A DNA stretch of 64,000 bases from Octopus bimaculoides (GCF_001194135.2 NC_068982.1:13259958-13323957), one strand, 5' to 3'. Positions 38,511 through 52,194 are shown, counted from the stretch's first letter. A program made the numbers and translations. Notes: generated by a model not told the origin, from the letters alone.

Positions 38511-38693
38511 CATTGAAAAATACCTTAGGAATGAGAACCCAAGTTTGAAATTTCCCCAAGGCACCTGATGAAGGCTGGAGGGTATATCAGCCGAAACGTT
38601 GTGCTAACAACAAACAAGATGAGGACAAATGTCCGTCAAATGTAAACAATGTAAACAATGTACATAATTCCTCATCTCTTAAATATGGAACTG
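38309..38693 (+). mobile_element. tRNA-headed, hammerhead-bearing SINE (family H), copy 1
   Basis: A box TGGCATAGTGG, mutated B box, about 40 AAT units, HHR, and tail ending AAATATGGAACTG. Confidence 0.85.
38560..38605 (+). ncRNA. Minimal type I hammerhead ribozyme
   Basis: GGCAC-CUGAUGA-A-GGCUG-GAGGGUAUAU-CAGCC-GAAA-CG-UU-GUGCU. Predicted cleavage after 38600. Confidence 0.7.
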
Positions 38694-40445
38694 TATATTC
38701 CTATTTATTATCTATTGAATTTAAAAACACTGGAAGAGGGTCACAAGAAAATCCATCAAGAAAAGAGGGGTTGTGAAAGAAGAAAGTTGAAGAAACAGTG
38801 ATCTTAAGCACTGAGTATTATTAGCAACAAGATATGAACTCCTAATTCTATAGCAACAAAGTAACCCCACAGAGACCAAGCCATTAAAATTCTTTATTTA
38901 ACTTATTATTAAATATATGGTTTACAAATCATTCTTGATATTTTTTATTCCCCAGATGTCTGAGTGACACAACAGAACAAATAAAAGCTGTTTGGATTGA
39001 TTTTAGCTCCCTCTTAACTAGTATTTTTATAGATAGAATCTGTCAACTCATGTCATTGTTGATGTGAATAATGCACCGCATTGTCATTATTCTTCTTGTT
39101 TCCATGTTATTGGATTCTCTCAAGTGACCAATCATTTATTTCAAATGTTCGCAGTAATAATACTAGTGCGGATGTAGGATGTATTGTTTGTTATTGATTT
39201 GATGTACAAGAAAATTTTCTATTGCCATATATTTTAAACTTTGTTACATGTTTTTGGTCATTCTATTCTTGTTTAGAATACCAGCTAAAGAATACATTTC
39301 CGTTTATTTAATGTGTTTTCACAACAGACAGAAACAAGATCAGAAGTGAAGGGGAGACCTAAGATAATGAGATTTTCAGACTAGATTCTCTGCCTGGATC
39401 ATAAAGATATGTTATTATTAGGTCAAATTGCTTCTTAGCACATTGCATATTATTGGCGCTTGTTTTCAAGTCATTAAGGAAGAAATTGTGAAAAATGTTT
39501 ATTATTTTTATACCTGTTACAGGTTTGAACTACATACATACATCATTTCAACATTTATTCTTTTGTTTCTAAAATAAATTGACATCTGGTTTATTCCCTA
39601 AATAAAGTACCTCAAGAATTATTGTCTTATTGGAATGTCAAAGATGGTTGTTAAGTTTTATATATTATTCAATGTCAGAATGCTTAAAGAAGTTGTTTTT
39701 AATCAGTCAGTAGTAACATCGAGTGCTCTGAAACACTAATGTAAATAACAGATACCATGAGTGCAGCTGAAATAAGATTGTGAGACACGCAGTTAAGCAA
39801 AAGGGAGTGAGATAATGGAATGTATACAATACAGAGAAAGTAGGGAGAAAAATAAAAAACAGCCACACTGAGCAAACAACATGCAAGGCATATGACACAC
39901 GGCATCACATGACCAAATGTAAAGATTAGATAGCACTTCATGTCGCTAACACATAGATAAGCAAAACAAATCTTGTCTGTTGTTCATTGTTTTTATACTA
40001 TGTCGTATGTGTAATTTCATTTCAAAGTTAGTAATATAGCTAAGCAAAGTTATGAGAAAACATATTGAAGAAGAAAAGAATGGTATGAATCTGTTGTTAA
40101 CTGCTGTGCTTGGTAAACCCATAAATCTAATCTTGNNNNNNNNNNNNNNNNNNNNNNNNNNNNNNNNNNNNNNNNNNNNNNNNNNNNNNNNNNNNNNNNN
40201 NNNNNNNNNNNNNNNNNNNNNNNNNNNNNNNNNNNNNNNNNNNNNNNNNNNNNNNNNNNNNNNNNNNNNNNNNNNNNNNNNNNNNNNNNNNNNNNNNNNN
40301 NNNNNNNNNNNNNNNNNNNNNNNNNNNNNNNNNNNNNNNNNNNNNNNNNNNNNNNNNNNNNNNNNNNNNNNNNNNNNNNNNNNNNNNNNNNNNNNNNNNN
40401 NNNNNNNNNNNNNNNNNNNNNNNNNNNNNNNNNNNNNNNNNNNNN

Positions 40446-40914
40446 TATATATAAAACGGCTAGCCACAATGTGATACCATAAAAGAAGAATTCAATTGTT
40501 ACTAAGTGTGATTCAAGGTGCCAACGCATTTACATAACTAGAAATAAGAGTTAAAATATTCTTAATGCTCTGGGAAGAGCAGAGATACATATAAACATTC
40601 TGACAGGGGAAGCAACCACCCGATATTGACGCGAAAATCCCCAGATTAGATGTTTTGTTTCGCTTATTCTGTAGGCATCATCAGTGAGACTGCTCAGACA
40701 GCAAATGTTCAACAAATTCCACCTGTCAGCATATATGTGATTATTATAAACATTCATGGATGATTTAGGGGAATGCTAACGTGTATACAAAAAAATTAAT
40801 ATAAACAGCTAGGTGCAATGTGATACCACAGAGGAAAAATTCAATTGATAGAAATAAGAGTTAAAATACTCTTAATGTTGTAGGAAGTGCGCAGATGCAT
40901 ACACACATGCTGAC

Positions 40915-40920
<6 letters not shown>
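40446..40920. repeat. Diverged direct repeat (about 350-bp period) with a decayed HHR-like motif between the copies
   Basis: CAATGTGATACCA...AATTCAATTG and TAGAAATAAGAGTTAAAATA recur at about 40466/40816 and 40538/40849. Confidence 0.7.
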
Positions 40921-40960
<40 letters not shown>

Positions 40961-41745
40961 GGGAGAGACATGCACACACATGCACAAAATACACATTGAT
41001 ATAGCTAAGTATGTATGGGTGTGCGTGTATATGTATATACATATATGCATATGAAAATATATACATGCAGTAGGTGCAGGAGTGGCTTGCAGGTGTCTGC
41101 GGAGGTCGTGTCGAGTAGGCACATAAGTGCGTTGGTGAATTCCTTCCCCCTCGGCGAATTCAGTATTGAAAAGTGGCCCGACCCTGACCCATCGTTTTGC
41201 TTGAGAGAAGCGAAGGCTATATCGGGCGAAAAAACCTAAGAGGACGAGTGCCTCATATTGTGTAATGAAAAATCGTAAGAGGCAAATGCCTTAATTTATG
41301 ACTTTTTATGTACGAGGTTCATAGCCTCAATGTGAAAATTTAATTTTATAAAGAACAGTGTTATAGAGAAGCAAAGTTCGGCGGGCGGCTTTTGCCTTCT
41401 CTCATTATACCATCATATTTATCATCNNNNNNNNNNNNNNNNNNNNNNNNNNNNNNNNNNNNNNNNNNNNNNNNNNNNNNNNNNNNNNNNNNNNNNNNNN
41501 NNNNNNNNNNNNNNNNNNNNNNNNNNNNNNNNNNNNNNNNNNNNNNNNNNNNNNNNNNNNNNNNNNNNNNNNNNNNNNNNNNNNNNNNNNNNNNNNNNNN
41601 NNNNNNNNNNNNNNNNNNNNNNNNNNNNNNNNNNNNNNNNNNNNNNNNNNNNNNNNNNNNNNNNNNNNNNNNNNNNNNNNNNNNNNNNNNNNNNNNNNNN
41701 NNNNNNNNNNNNNNNNNNNNNNNNNNNNNNNNNNNNNNNNNNNNN

Positions 41746-42090
41746 TCCCACTGCGTGGCACCTTGGGCAAGTGTCTTCTATTATAGCCTTGGGCTGACCA
41801 AAGCCTTGTGAGTGGATTTGGTAGACGGAAACTGAAAGAAGCTCGTCGTATATATATATATGTATGTGTGTGTATATGTTTGTGTATCTGTGTTTGTCCC
41901 TCCAACATCGCTTGACAACCCATGCTGGTGTGTTTACATCCCCGTAACTTAGCGGTTCGGCAAAAGAGACCGATAGAATAAGTATTAGGCTTACAAAGAA
42001 TAAGTCCTGGGGTTGATTTGCTTGACTAAAGGCGGTGCTCCAGCATGGCCGCAGTCAAATGACTGAAACAAGTAAAAGAGTAAAAGAGTA
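41746..42090 (+). mobile_element. SINE family A (5' end in gap)
   Basis: Near-consensus body with (AAAAGAGT)n tail. Confidence 0.85.
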
Positions 42091-43664
42091 AGAGTATACA
42101 CACACACATACACACACACGCACATGCATACACATGCATACACATTTGTCACATCTTGTGGGTGAGGTTTTACATTGTTAGTGAAGAAGCTGACTTTCGT
42201 TTCCACCTATCTGTTTCTTATATTTAAGCAATCATGCGGAATGCAAACTTCAATTCTGTCGTTAACACTTCACTTTCCTTGATTGTTGTCAGATTTAAAC
42301 ATTTAGTTATAAATAAAATATTTCTGTTATTTGTCCTGCTACAGGCTAGAAATAGCAGCTACATGATTCAGAATCCATGTCTCAATGATTTAGTTTTTTC
42401 TAAAAATTGATCATTGTGGAGACTGACAACAAGAAACGGACAACTCGGAAATGAACAAAAAATAGAATAAAATGGAAAGTAGAAGGTAAAAAAAAAAGAC
42501 CTCTTTATGCAAAAGAGCTGGAGAAAGACAGGGTCTATTTATACACAAGCATACCTACACACATACATACATACACACACATACATGCATGCATACATAC
42601 ATACATACATACATACATACATACATACATACATACATACATGCCTACATGAATATATACATACATATGTTAACAAAAAGCTGAAGATCAGTTGAAAAGA
42701 GAATACTTGAGCTGAACTACTGAGTAATCTGCAGTCACTCTATCCAGATTACACGTTCAGGTTTATACCGGTAATTATTGGGGCCCTGGGATATGTAACA
42801 CACTGCCTAAATACCAATCTTGAGAAATTAGGCTTCTTAAAACCTGAAAGGAAAAAGCTAATTTGAAGGTTACAGATCCAATCCATCACTGGAACTGTAA
42901 AAATCTGTAAAACTTTCCAGACGTTTATCATTTAATTAAATATATATATATATATANNNNNNNNNNNNNNNNNNNNNNNNNNNNNNNNNNNNNNNNNNNN
43001 NNNNNNNNNNNNNNNNNNNNNNNNNNNNNNNNNNNNNNNNNNNNNNNNNNNNNNNNNNNNNNNNNNNNNNNNNNNNNNNNNNNNNNNNNNNNNNNNNNNN
43101 NNNNNNNNNNNNNNNNNNNNNNNNNNNNNNNNNNNNNNNNNNNNNNNNNNNNNNNNNNNNNNNNNNNNNNNNNNNNNNNNNNNNNNNNNNNNNNNNNNNN
43201 NNNNNNNNNNNNNNNNNNNNNNNNNNNNNNNNNNNNNNNNNNNNNNNNNNNNNNNNNNNNNNNNNNNNNNNNNNNNNNNNNNNNNNNNNNNNNNNNNNNN
43301 NNNNNNNNNNNNNNNNNNNNNNNNNNNNNNNNNNNNNNNNNNNNNNNNNNNNNNNNNNNNNNNNNNNNNNNNNNNNNNNNNNNNNNNNNNNNNNNNNNNN
43401 NNNNNNNNNNNNNNNNNNNNNNNNNNNNNNNNNNNNNNNNNNNNNNNNNNNNNNNNNNNNNNNNNNNNNNNNNNNNNNNNNNNNNNNNNNNNNNNNNNNN
43501 NNNNNNNNNNNNNNNNNNNNNNNNNNNNNNNNNNNNNNNNNNNNNNNNNNNNNNNNNNNNNNNNNNNNNNNNNNNNNNNNNNNNNNNNNNNNNNNNNNNN
43601 NNNNNNNNNNNNNNNNNNNNNNNNNNNNNNNNNNNNNNNNNNNNNNNNNNNNNNNNNNNNNNNN

Positions 43665-43985
43665 CATCATCATCGTTTAACGTCCGCTTTCCATGCTAGC
43701 ATGGGTTGGACGATTTGATTGAGGACTGGTGAAACCGGAGGGCAACACCAGGCTCCAATCTAAATTTGGCAGAGTTTCTACAGCTGGATGCCCTTCCTAA
43801 TGCCAACCACTCAGAGAGTGTAGTAGGTGTTTTTACGTGTCACCTGCACGAAGACCAGTCAGGCGATACTGGCAACGGCCACGCTCGAAATGGTGTCTTT
43901 TATGTGCCACCTGCACAAGCCAGTCCAGGGGCACTGGCAACGATCTCGCTCGAAAATCCTACGGAAGCCAGTCAGGCGGTACTGA
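43665..43985 (-). mobile_element. Family B retroposon
   Basis: Very similar to 56990-57360 and 1520-2020. Confidence 0.85.
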
Positions 43986-44700
43986 CTTTCTATAATAGGC
44001 CCAAGGCCTGAAATTTTGTGGTGAAGGATCAATTGATTACATTAACCCCAATACTTAAATGGTACTTGTTTCATTGACCCCGAAATAATGGAAGTCAAAT
44101 GGGGTAACTTAACTATATGGTTACCGAAATGATCCTAGTATTATTTTTAGGTAATTGACCCACATTTGGGCGGGAACTTTAACCTACCAAATTCAATCAC
44201 AAGCCTTTGGCTGAATTCCAAATCATATAGCTGGGAAGCAAGCTTCCTAACCACACTGTCATACACACACACATACATACGCAAACACACACACACACAT
44301 ACACACACATACATACACACACACACACACACGCACACACACAAGCACATACATAAATACGCACACATTTGGCCACAGCCTCAAGACTGGAACATATAGA
44401 AGAATGTACATATATATATATATATCTGTAATGTATGTGTATATGTATATATATGTATATATATACATGCATATATATATGCATGTGTATTTATATCTGT
44501 TTAGAAATGTATGGAACAGGTAAGTAAATGAATGAGCATATACATACATTTCCAACGAACATTCTATAAATAATTGCCATATGCAAACCCCAACGTAACA
44601 CCCAAATGCACTACTTTTAAGATAACATGTTCATGCTAGTATGTATTATAAATATATGTGTGTGTATGTGCATGTGTGCATATAAACATACACATACATT

Positions 44701-44734
<34 letters not shown>

Positions 44735-45096
44735 CAAGAAATAAGGGCAGGGAATCGTCAATTAATAATAGAATTAATAATTAACAATTTTGCCAAGTAG
44801 TTCAGTATGAAAAAAACCTTTTTCAAATTTATCAGAATATTTGGGCTGAAGATTAGAATAGTGAAATTTTCATTCACTTAACCATGAAACGATTCGTACC
44901 CAATTAACTAAAGACTTGTTTTGTTTATGCTTTTCCCTCCGGTTTTTTGTTCTATGTGTGCCATAAATATCGCCATCCGTTTTAGAGAAAAATTTGTAGT
45001 TTAGAATCAGTAGTTCTTTGACTGCTATTTCTAAATTTTCAGTATGTTGGAGAAGCAACTCAATTGCTAATCCCTGTATATTTATGATGATATATA

Positions 45097-45132
<36 letters not shown>

Positions 45133-46869
45133 TATGCATATGTGCATGTGTGTGAGAGTGCGAAGAGAAATCTCTGAAGAGAAAAATCATATGTATTTGA
45201 CAAGCTCTCAAGTCACAAAAATCTGTGAATAGCTTAAAAGGTCAATAAAAGCATAGATTGAAATGATTTATTAATATGTAAGTAGATTGATATAAAATGT
45301 TATTTCTCATCTGACTAAAAGATGTTAAGAATGTCTTAGATTCTGATCATTCATTTTATTCACTTCTTTACACAATTAGTTTTAAATGCCTCATATTTTT
45401 TCATGTGGAAAAAAAATCAAAATAAAATCATTTTATAAATTCTAGTGACAATACAATGCATCTATTCAAATTTTTATTTGAATTAAGCTATATACTTTCT
45501 TTGAAAATAGCTCTCATTGTGCCAAATGAATCTTTAGATTGAAGAATTACCAATCAGAAATCACATTTGACTGTTTTAAAGTTTTTGAAAATTCTGAAGC
45601 TGTCTTAAATCATTAACTCAAAGAGAGAAGAAAAAAAATCAAAAAAGCAAAAAAAAACAAATAAAAATCAAAGAATTTCCATCTATTATTTCAGAAAAAG
45701 TTTTCAAAACCATAAACATAAAATTAGTTCACATAATTTTTTTTTCCTTTCTATGTCACTTTCATTTATTATTTTTTCTTTACACAAAACAATAAAAAAT
45801 CAAGCAAAAAAGCTACACAAGAACAAATTAATGCATATAAAAATAAGAGGGAAGTAAACATCACTGAAAGCTCAGGGATAATACTTGCTGGCCAGAAAGT
45901 CTAATGAAAGCAATATAAATATATGCATAAATAGCAACCAATTAGAATAATAGCAAGTCTGAAGTTTTGGTTCAACTTGTTTTATGTTTATTTGAGAGGA
46001 AAAGATGGTACATTTATATAAACATTAAGATTTATTGAGAAGAATGTGATGTCATGTGTCTGCACGAGTTCATAAAAACATATCCAGCCAGTGTGCTGTT
46101 TGTGTTCAATAGACTAGGGAGAATAGTACCCTAGTAAACCTGTCGTATATATATGTATATGTGTGTGTGTGTGTGTGTGTGCGTGTTTGTGTGTGTGAGT
46201 GTGTGTGTGTTTTTGTGTGTATGTTTGTGTATGTGTGTCTGTGTTTGTCACCCCCCTCCCATCGCTTGACAACCAATGTTGGTGTTTTTATATTCCTGTA
46301 ACTTAGTGGTTTGACAAAATGATCGATAAAATAAGTACTAGGCTTACAAAAAATAAGTCCTGGGGTCGATTGGTTCGACTAAATGTGGTGCTCCAGCATG
46401 GCTATAGTCAAATGACTGAAACAAGTAAAAGAATAACAGAAATATATATATACTTATTCATTAGCACTAACATACCAGCATATACTATTAAATGCAAATA
46501 TGTGCTTCTGAAAGAACTTGTATATATGTGTATATATATATATATATATNNNNNNNNNNNNNNNNNNNNNNNNNNNNNNNNNNNNNNNNNNNNNNNNNNN
46601 NNNNNNNNNNNNNNNNNNNNNNNNNNNNNNNNNNNNNNNNNNNNNNNNNNNNNNNNNNNNNNNNNNNNNNNNNNNNNNNNNNNNNNNNNNNNNNNNNNNN
46701 NNNNNNNNNNNNNNNNNNNNNNNNNNNNNNNNNNNNNNNNNNNNNNNNNNNNNNNNNNNNNNNNNNNNNNNNNNNNNNNNNNNNNNNNNNNNNNNGAATA
46801 GAACATTGTTTTTGCTTTTTTGGGGGTGGGGGTGAGGTTCCATGGCAATAGAGAAGGATAGATAGAAAT

Positions 46870-46888
46870 ATATGTAGGTAGATAGGCT

Positions 46889-46950
<62 letters not shown>

Positions 46951-46969
46951 CAGACAGATAGATAGATAG

Positions 46970-46998
<29 letters not shown>
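46870..46998. repeat. (GATA)n plus (GA)n microsatellite
   Basis: Direct reading. Confidence 0.9.
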
Positions 46999-47003
<5 letters not shown>

Positions 47004-48594
47004 AGGATCCCCCTTCATATTCACCATTCATTTATTTATTTAGTCATTTACCATTGTATTGAAATGGGTTTAAGGATGGTGACCTCTTCAAGAAAAAGAA
47101 AAGAAAGAATAAAACATGTGGTGTGGTCATTACTGCAAGTCATTTTGCTTTCTTTCTCTCTTCCCTTTCTTATATAAATATGATATTTCTCTCTTTGTAT
47201 CAATATGATATCACATATGATGTACGTGTGTATATTATTACCAAGACTCTGCAGAAAGCAGAAGCTGCAGCTGTGATTGCATAGCAATTGAGCATAAAGA
47301 AATGTCTGCAGTGTACTGTTGCAGCTGCAAGGTGTGCGAATTACCATCAGATGCATGTATAGGTGATTCTCTGGGGGATAGGAAGCTGTTTGTAAGCGCT
47401 GCACAGCGCATCTTATATTACTAGATATAAAACGCCCAAAAGGTGAATGGAATGATAAAGCCCATGCTTGATGTCAATCATGCTGACAGCTGTAGTTGTG
47501 ATGACAAGGAAAAGGTGGATGAAAATGGAAGTGATGATGATGATGACAATGCTGAAGAAGATGATAATTATAATGACAGTAGCGATGCTAGTTGATTGAC
47601 GACAGTTTGGTTGAGAATGAACAGCAAGGAAGACAGAAGTGGCTTGAATGCTTTGATGATGAAGGTGATGAGGATTCTGTTGATATTGATAACAAACGTT
47701 GCAACAGTCGTTGTGAAGTTCACCAAGTGAGACTGATGGAACGAACAGGGATGGGTTTTACATTTGTGTTAAAAGATACAAAAGCAAAAAATAGATAACT
47801 TTGCTATTGCTTCATTCAAAGAGTTTCTCTTTTGTATGTGAAAGAATTTATGAGAGAAGTCTTCTTCTCAAGTAGTTCAGTAGTTAATTAATTTGCTCAT
47901 ATTGCTGCTAATCACATTGATAAATCTAAATAAATATACAAAGTAGTGCAGTAATTACCAACAACTATCGATTGATTGATTCATCTTTTCTTTTTTTTTC
48001 TTTTTTGTTTCTAATTAAATCATTGTTTACATCTTTCTATTTAGAACACTGCTAAACAAACCTGTTTATATGCAACTTGCAAGTGAAATCTATCAGTTTT
48101 GTTTTTTTGTTCATTTGCAAATTTGCAAAAACAAAAAAGAATAAATAAATAAATAAAATCATGCCACTGATTATGTAATTCGATCACTTATTTGATTTAT
48201 GGAATGTCAAGGGAATAACTTCTTCAACTTCAAATGTATAGGTGAGACATATTCTATGAAATATTGAACATGTAAAAAGATTTGTAAGCAATGAATTTGT
48301 GGTAATTAAATTTGTATATGAACAATTAATAATGATTCTGTTTAACCCTTTCATGACTATATTTCTAATGAGTAGACTGCCTCCATGTTTCAATTAATAT
48401 TTTATATAATTAAGATATTGGATGAATTTAGTAACATATCAGTAATTTTATATATTGTTTTCCCACAAGGCAATGATTTTGGTGGAGTGAAATGTTTATT
48501 TTATCACCCCTTCTGCTTAGCTAGTACTTATTTTGTGAACCCTAGAAGAATGAAAGGCAAAGTTAACTCCAGTTGGATTTGAACTCAGAATGTT

Positions 48595-48749
48595 AAGTAG
48601 TGGCTGTGTGTTAAGAAGCTTGTTTCCCAACCACATGGTTCTGGGTTCAGTTCCACTGCATGGCATCTTGGGTAAGTGTCTTCTACTATAGTCTTGGGCT
48701 AACCAAAGCCTTGTGAGTGGATTTGGTAGACAGAAACTGAAAGAAGCCC

Positions 48750-48787
<38 letters not shown>

Positions 48788-49420
48788 ACGCACACCACAC
48801 CAATACCCTCGCATCACACCACGCACACACTACAACTGACCAACTACTTTCTTCCTTTCTCCCTTCCCCCATNNNNNNNNNNNNNNNNNNNNNNNNNNNN
48901 NNNNNNNNNNNNNNNNNNNNNNNNNNNNNNNNNNNNNNNNNNNNNNNNNNNNNNNNNNNNNNNNNNNNNNNNNNNNNNNNNNNNNNNNNNNNNNNNNNNN
49001 NNNNNNNNNNNNNNNNNNNNNNNNNNNNNNNNNNNNNNNNNNNNNNNNNNNNNNNNNNNNNNNNNNNNNNNNNNNNNNNNNNNNNNNNNNNNNNNNNNNN
49101 NNNNNNNNNNNNNNNNNNNNNNNNNNNNNNNNNNNNNNNNNNNNNNNNNNNNNNNNNNNNNNNNNNNNNNNNNNNNNNNNNNNNNNNNNNNNNNNNTATA
49201 TATATATATATATATATATGTGTGTATGTATGTATGTATGTATTTGTGTGTCTGTGTTTGTCCTCCCAGTAACTTAGCAGTTCAGCAAAAGAGACTGACA
49301 GCAAAAGAGAGAATAAGTACTAGGCTTATAAAGAATAAGTTCTAGGGTTGATTTGTTTGACTAAAGGCAGTGTTCCAGCATGGCCACAGTCAAATGACTG
49401 AAACAAGTAAAAGAATAAAC
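48595..49420 (+). mobile_element. SINE family A split by a gap, preceded by a minus-strand CORE-SINE remnant
   Basis: Head at 48595-48790, 3' part at 49250-49420. Confidence 0.7.
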
Positions 49421-52194
49421 AGAACACTTGAAGGCATTTTGTCCAATGATCAAAAGAACTGGGAAAGTGGAGAGTTGAACCAGGCTCCAGCTGTCTGTTT
49501 TGGCATGGTTTCTATGGTTGGATGCCCATCCTAATACCAACCATTTTACGGAGTATACTGGATGTTTTTTTATATGGCACCAGCACAGGTGCTTTTTACA
49601 TGGTGTCAGCATGGGTAATTCTTATGTGGTACCAGGACGTGCTTTTTTTCCATTCATCTGACTTCACTCACAAGATTGGACTCTTCTCAAGGCTACAATA
49701 AAAAGATCTTATCCAAGATGCCATACAGTCGGGGGCCAACCCTTAAAAATATATGATTGTGAAATTTACTTCTTAGCTGTTCACCCATGCTACATCCATA
49801 TAACTTGTAATAATATTGTGTTGATATTGGCCATTTATATTTTTCAGTATCATTCATGTTATTTTTATTGAAAATTTAATTGAAATATGAACTCTTCTGA
49901 ACAGACAGTCTCTGGTGAATTGATATTAATAGAGTGAGCTGTTATTCTATATGAGTAATTAAAAATATATATAGCTAAGCTGATGGCTTGGAACTTTATA
50001 TTTTGATATTCCTGTAGCCTGCTTTTTTGATTATGGTCTAAGCACTTAGCTATGAAAAAAATGAGATATTCTAATTCAAAGTTACTGTGGTTTAGCCCCA
50101 GATCAGATCAACCATAATAGAGCAAACAAATCTATGACCATAGAACATTCCAGCTATGGCCATACTGTTTTCTTTTATTTGGAATAATATGCCATACCGA
50201 ACACTAACCCTCTGGCATTTAACTTGACCTTATCTGGCCAAAATATTCTACTTGTTTTATGTTAAAACCAGCCAAACTTGACCTCTCACTCCAGCCCTAC
50301 AATAACATTCTAAAGCGGACCAGTTACATCATCAAATTCCCAAAGTAGGGAGATAATGCATTGTTCATTCAAAACAATATCAATAAATAAGCAAATTTTG
50401 CAGAGTAATCTGAATACTAGAGGTTTAATCTTTTATAAAATCCATGTGGTTTGAGTTTGAGGGCAATTTGGTTGTTATTTCTAGCAGATCAAGCGACCGT
50501 ATAGTGGCTCCCTCATTTACTCACTGTTTTAACTCTATGAAGAAACCACTAAACTTGTGACTCACCTCTAATCTATTGTAAGATTGTAGAATCAGCAAAT
50601 ATTTCATTGGCTTAGCTTGCTTTGGAATGCTGTCTTCAATTCTTCTAAATGACAAAAGCTACATGCGATAACCCAGTACCTTGTCTAATAAAGAAATTCA
50701 TCTTTCAACACAATAAGCCAATGAAGTAGGCCTTTATGTGGTCACTAGCCTCGCTAGAAATAGCAACCAAATCTCCCTCAAAATCATCCCATCTTCATTG
50801 GAAGAAAAAAATCAAGATGGTGTAGCACATTAGATAATATTGTTCTAGGTTAACTAAAATTTGGATAAGATGAAAAGGCCATGGCTGGAATATCTTGGGT
50901 CATAGCTCTGATAAATTAAAACTAAACTAAACTAAATCCAAACAACAGCAGCAGCAATGTCCCAGATGAGTGCTTTGGAAATCAAAGATAAGCACAAGTC
51001 TTCTATAGTTAAGTGTAATTTGAGACAAAAGAAAGAACAAGGTAAGGTATATGAATAATTTATTATTGACTAAGACAGATAAAACTCTCGGATGAGGAAA
51101 GTAAATGACAAGAGAAAAGAAGATCTTTATTAGGAGTATAAATAGGACAGGAGTAAGTCAAAAAGAAGGCATTCAGAAGTTTGCAGTATTGATGACATTC
51201 ATACTGACAAAAGCAATATGGTTGAACATCAATGAGAATACAATTGCCTGAGTTTGGTATTATCATATTTAATTAAGTGAGTATTTACTACACTACAGAA
51301 CATAGGATTTGGTGCCTGGGATATCAGACCTGGTCTTTTCTTATTTTTATCTTCATTTTTATTTTATCTATTTATTTATTTATTTTGCTGATTAAAAATA
51401 TTGTATCAGTTTTTCTCCATGAGGTCTGGTTATCAAGATATGTTACACCTTTAATTGCAATGCAGACAACCAATCAGACACAAGGATTGATGACCACAAA
51501 TAATTATCATTGTTACCTTTAGATAAAAACAATGGCTTCATATAAGAAGAATATGTTTATTTATGATTAAATTGCATCCATAGAATCAGATAACTGAGAA
51601 ATAAACATAAAAAATTATTGTCGTTACTATGTTCATTTCCTCAGATGTCTCAGAAAAGCAGTGTTTCAGAGACTGCTTGTGATAGTCAACCCCAGGAAAA
51701 TCTAAGCCCTCAACTAAATCACCAAAGACACTGAAAAATTGAGCAGATAACAACAACAGTTGGGCCAAGGCTTCCACACAGTTTCTGTCAACCAAATTTA
51801 CTCTCAAAGCATCAGCCACCAAGAGGATATGGTAGAAGTTACTTGCCTAAGATACTGCATAGGGGGACTGAAGCCAAAACCACATGGCTGCAAAGCAAAC
51901 TCCTTAACACACAGCCAAGCCTACACTATGTGTATGAAATAAATGAAGCTGTCACTGCACATATGCAGACTATAATGCTATCATTATCATCAACATCCTT
52001 ACCATCGATGTTATCTTTATCATCATCATAACCATTATTAATAGTATTATCATCATCATCATCATAAGCATTGGTATTATTATAGTGTCCTTTTATTTAT
52101 GCTGTTAAGTTTATTTATTTATTTTATAATACTCTGATAATCAAATTTGTGAGGGCTGAAATATCATATATTTTTATAAAAAATAGTATAAAGA

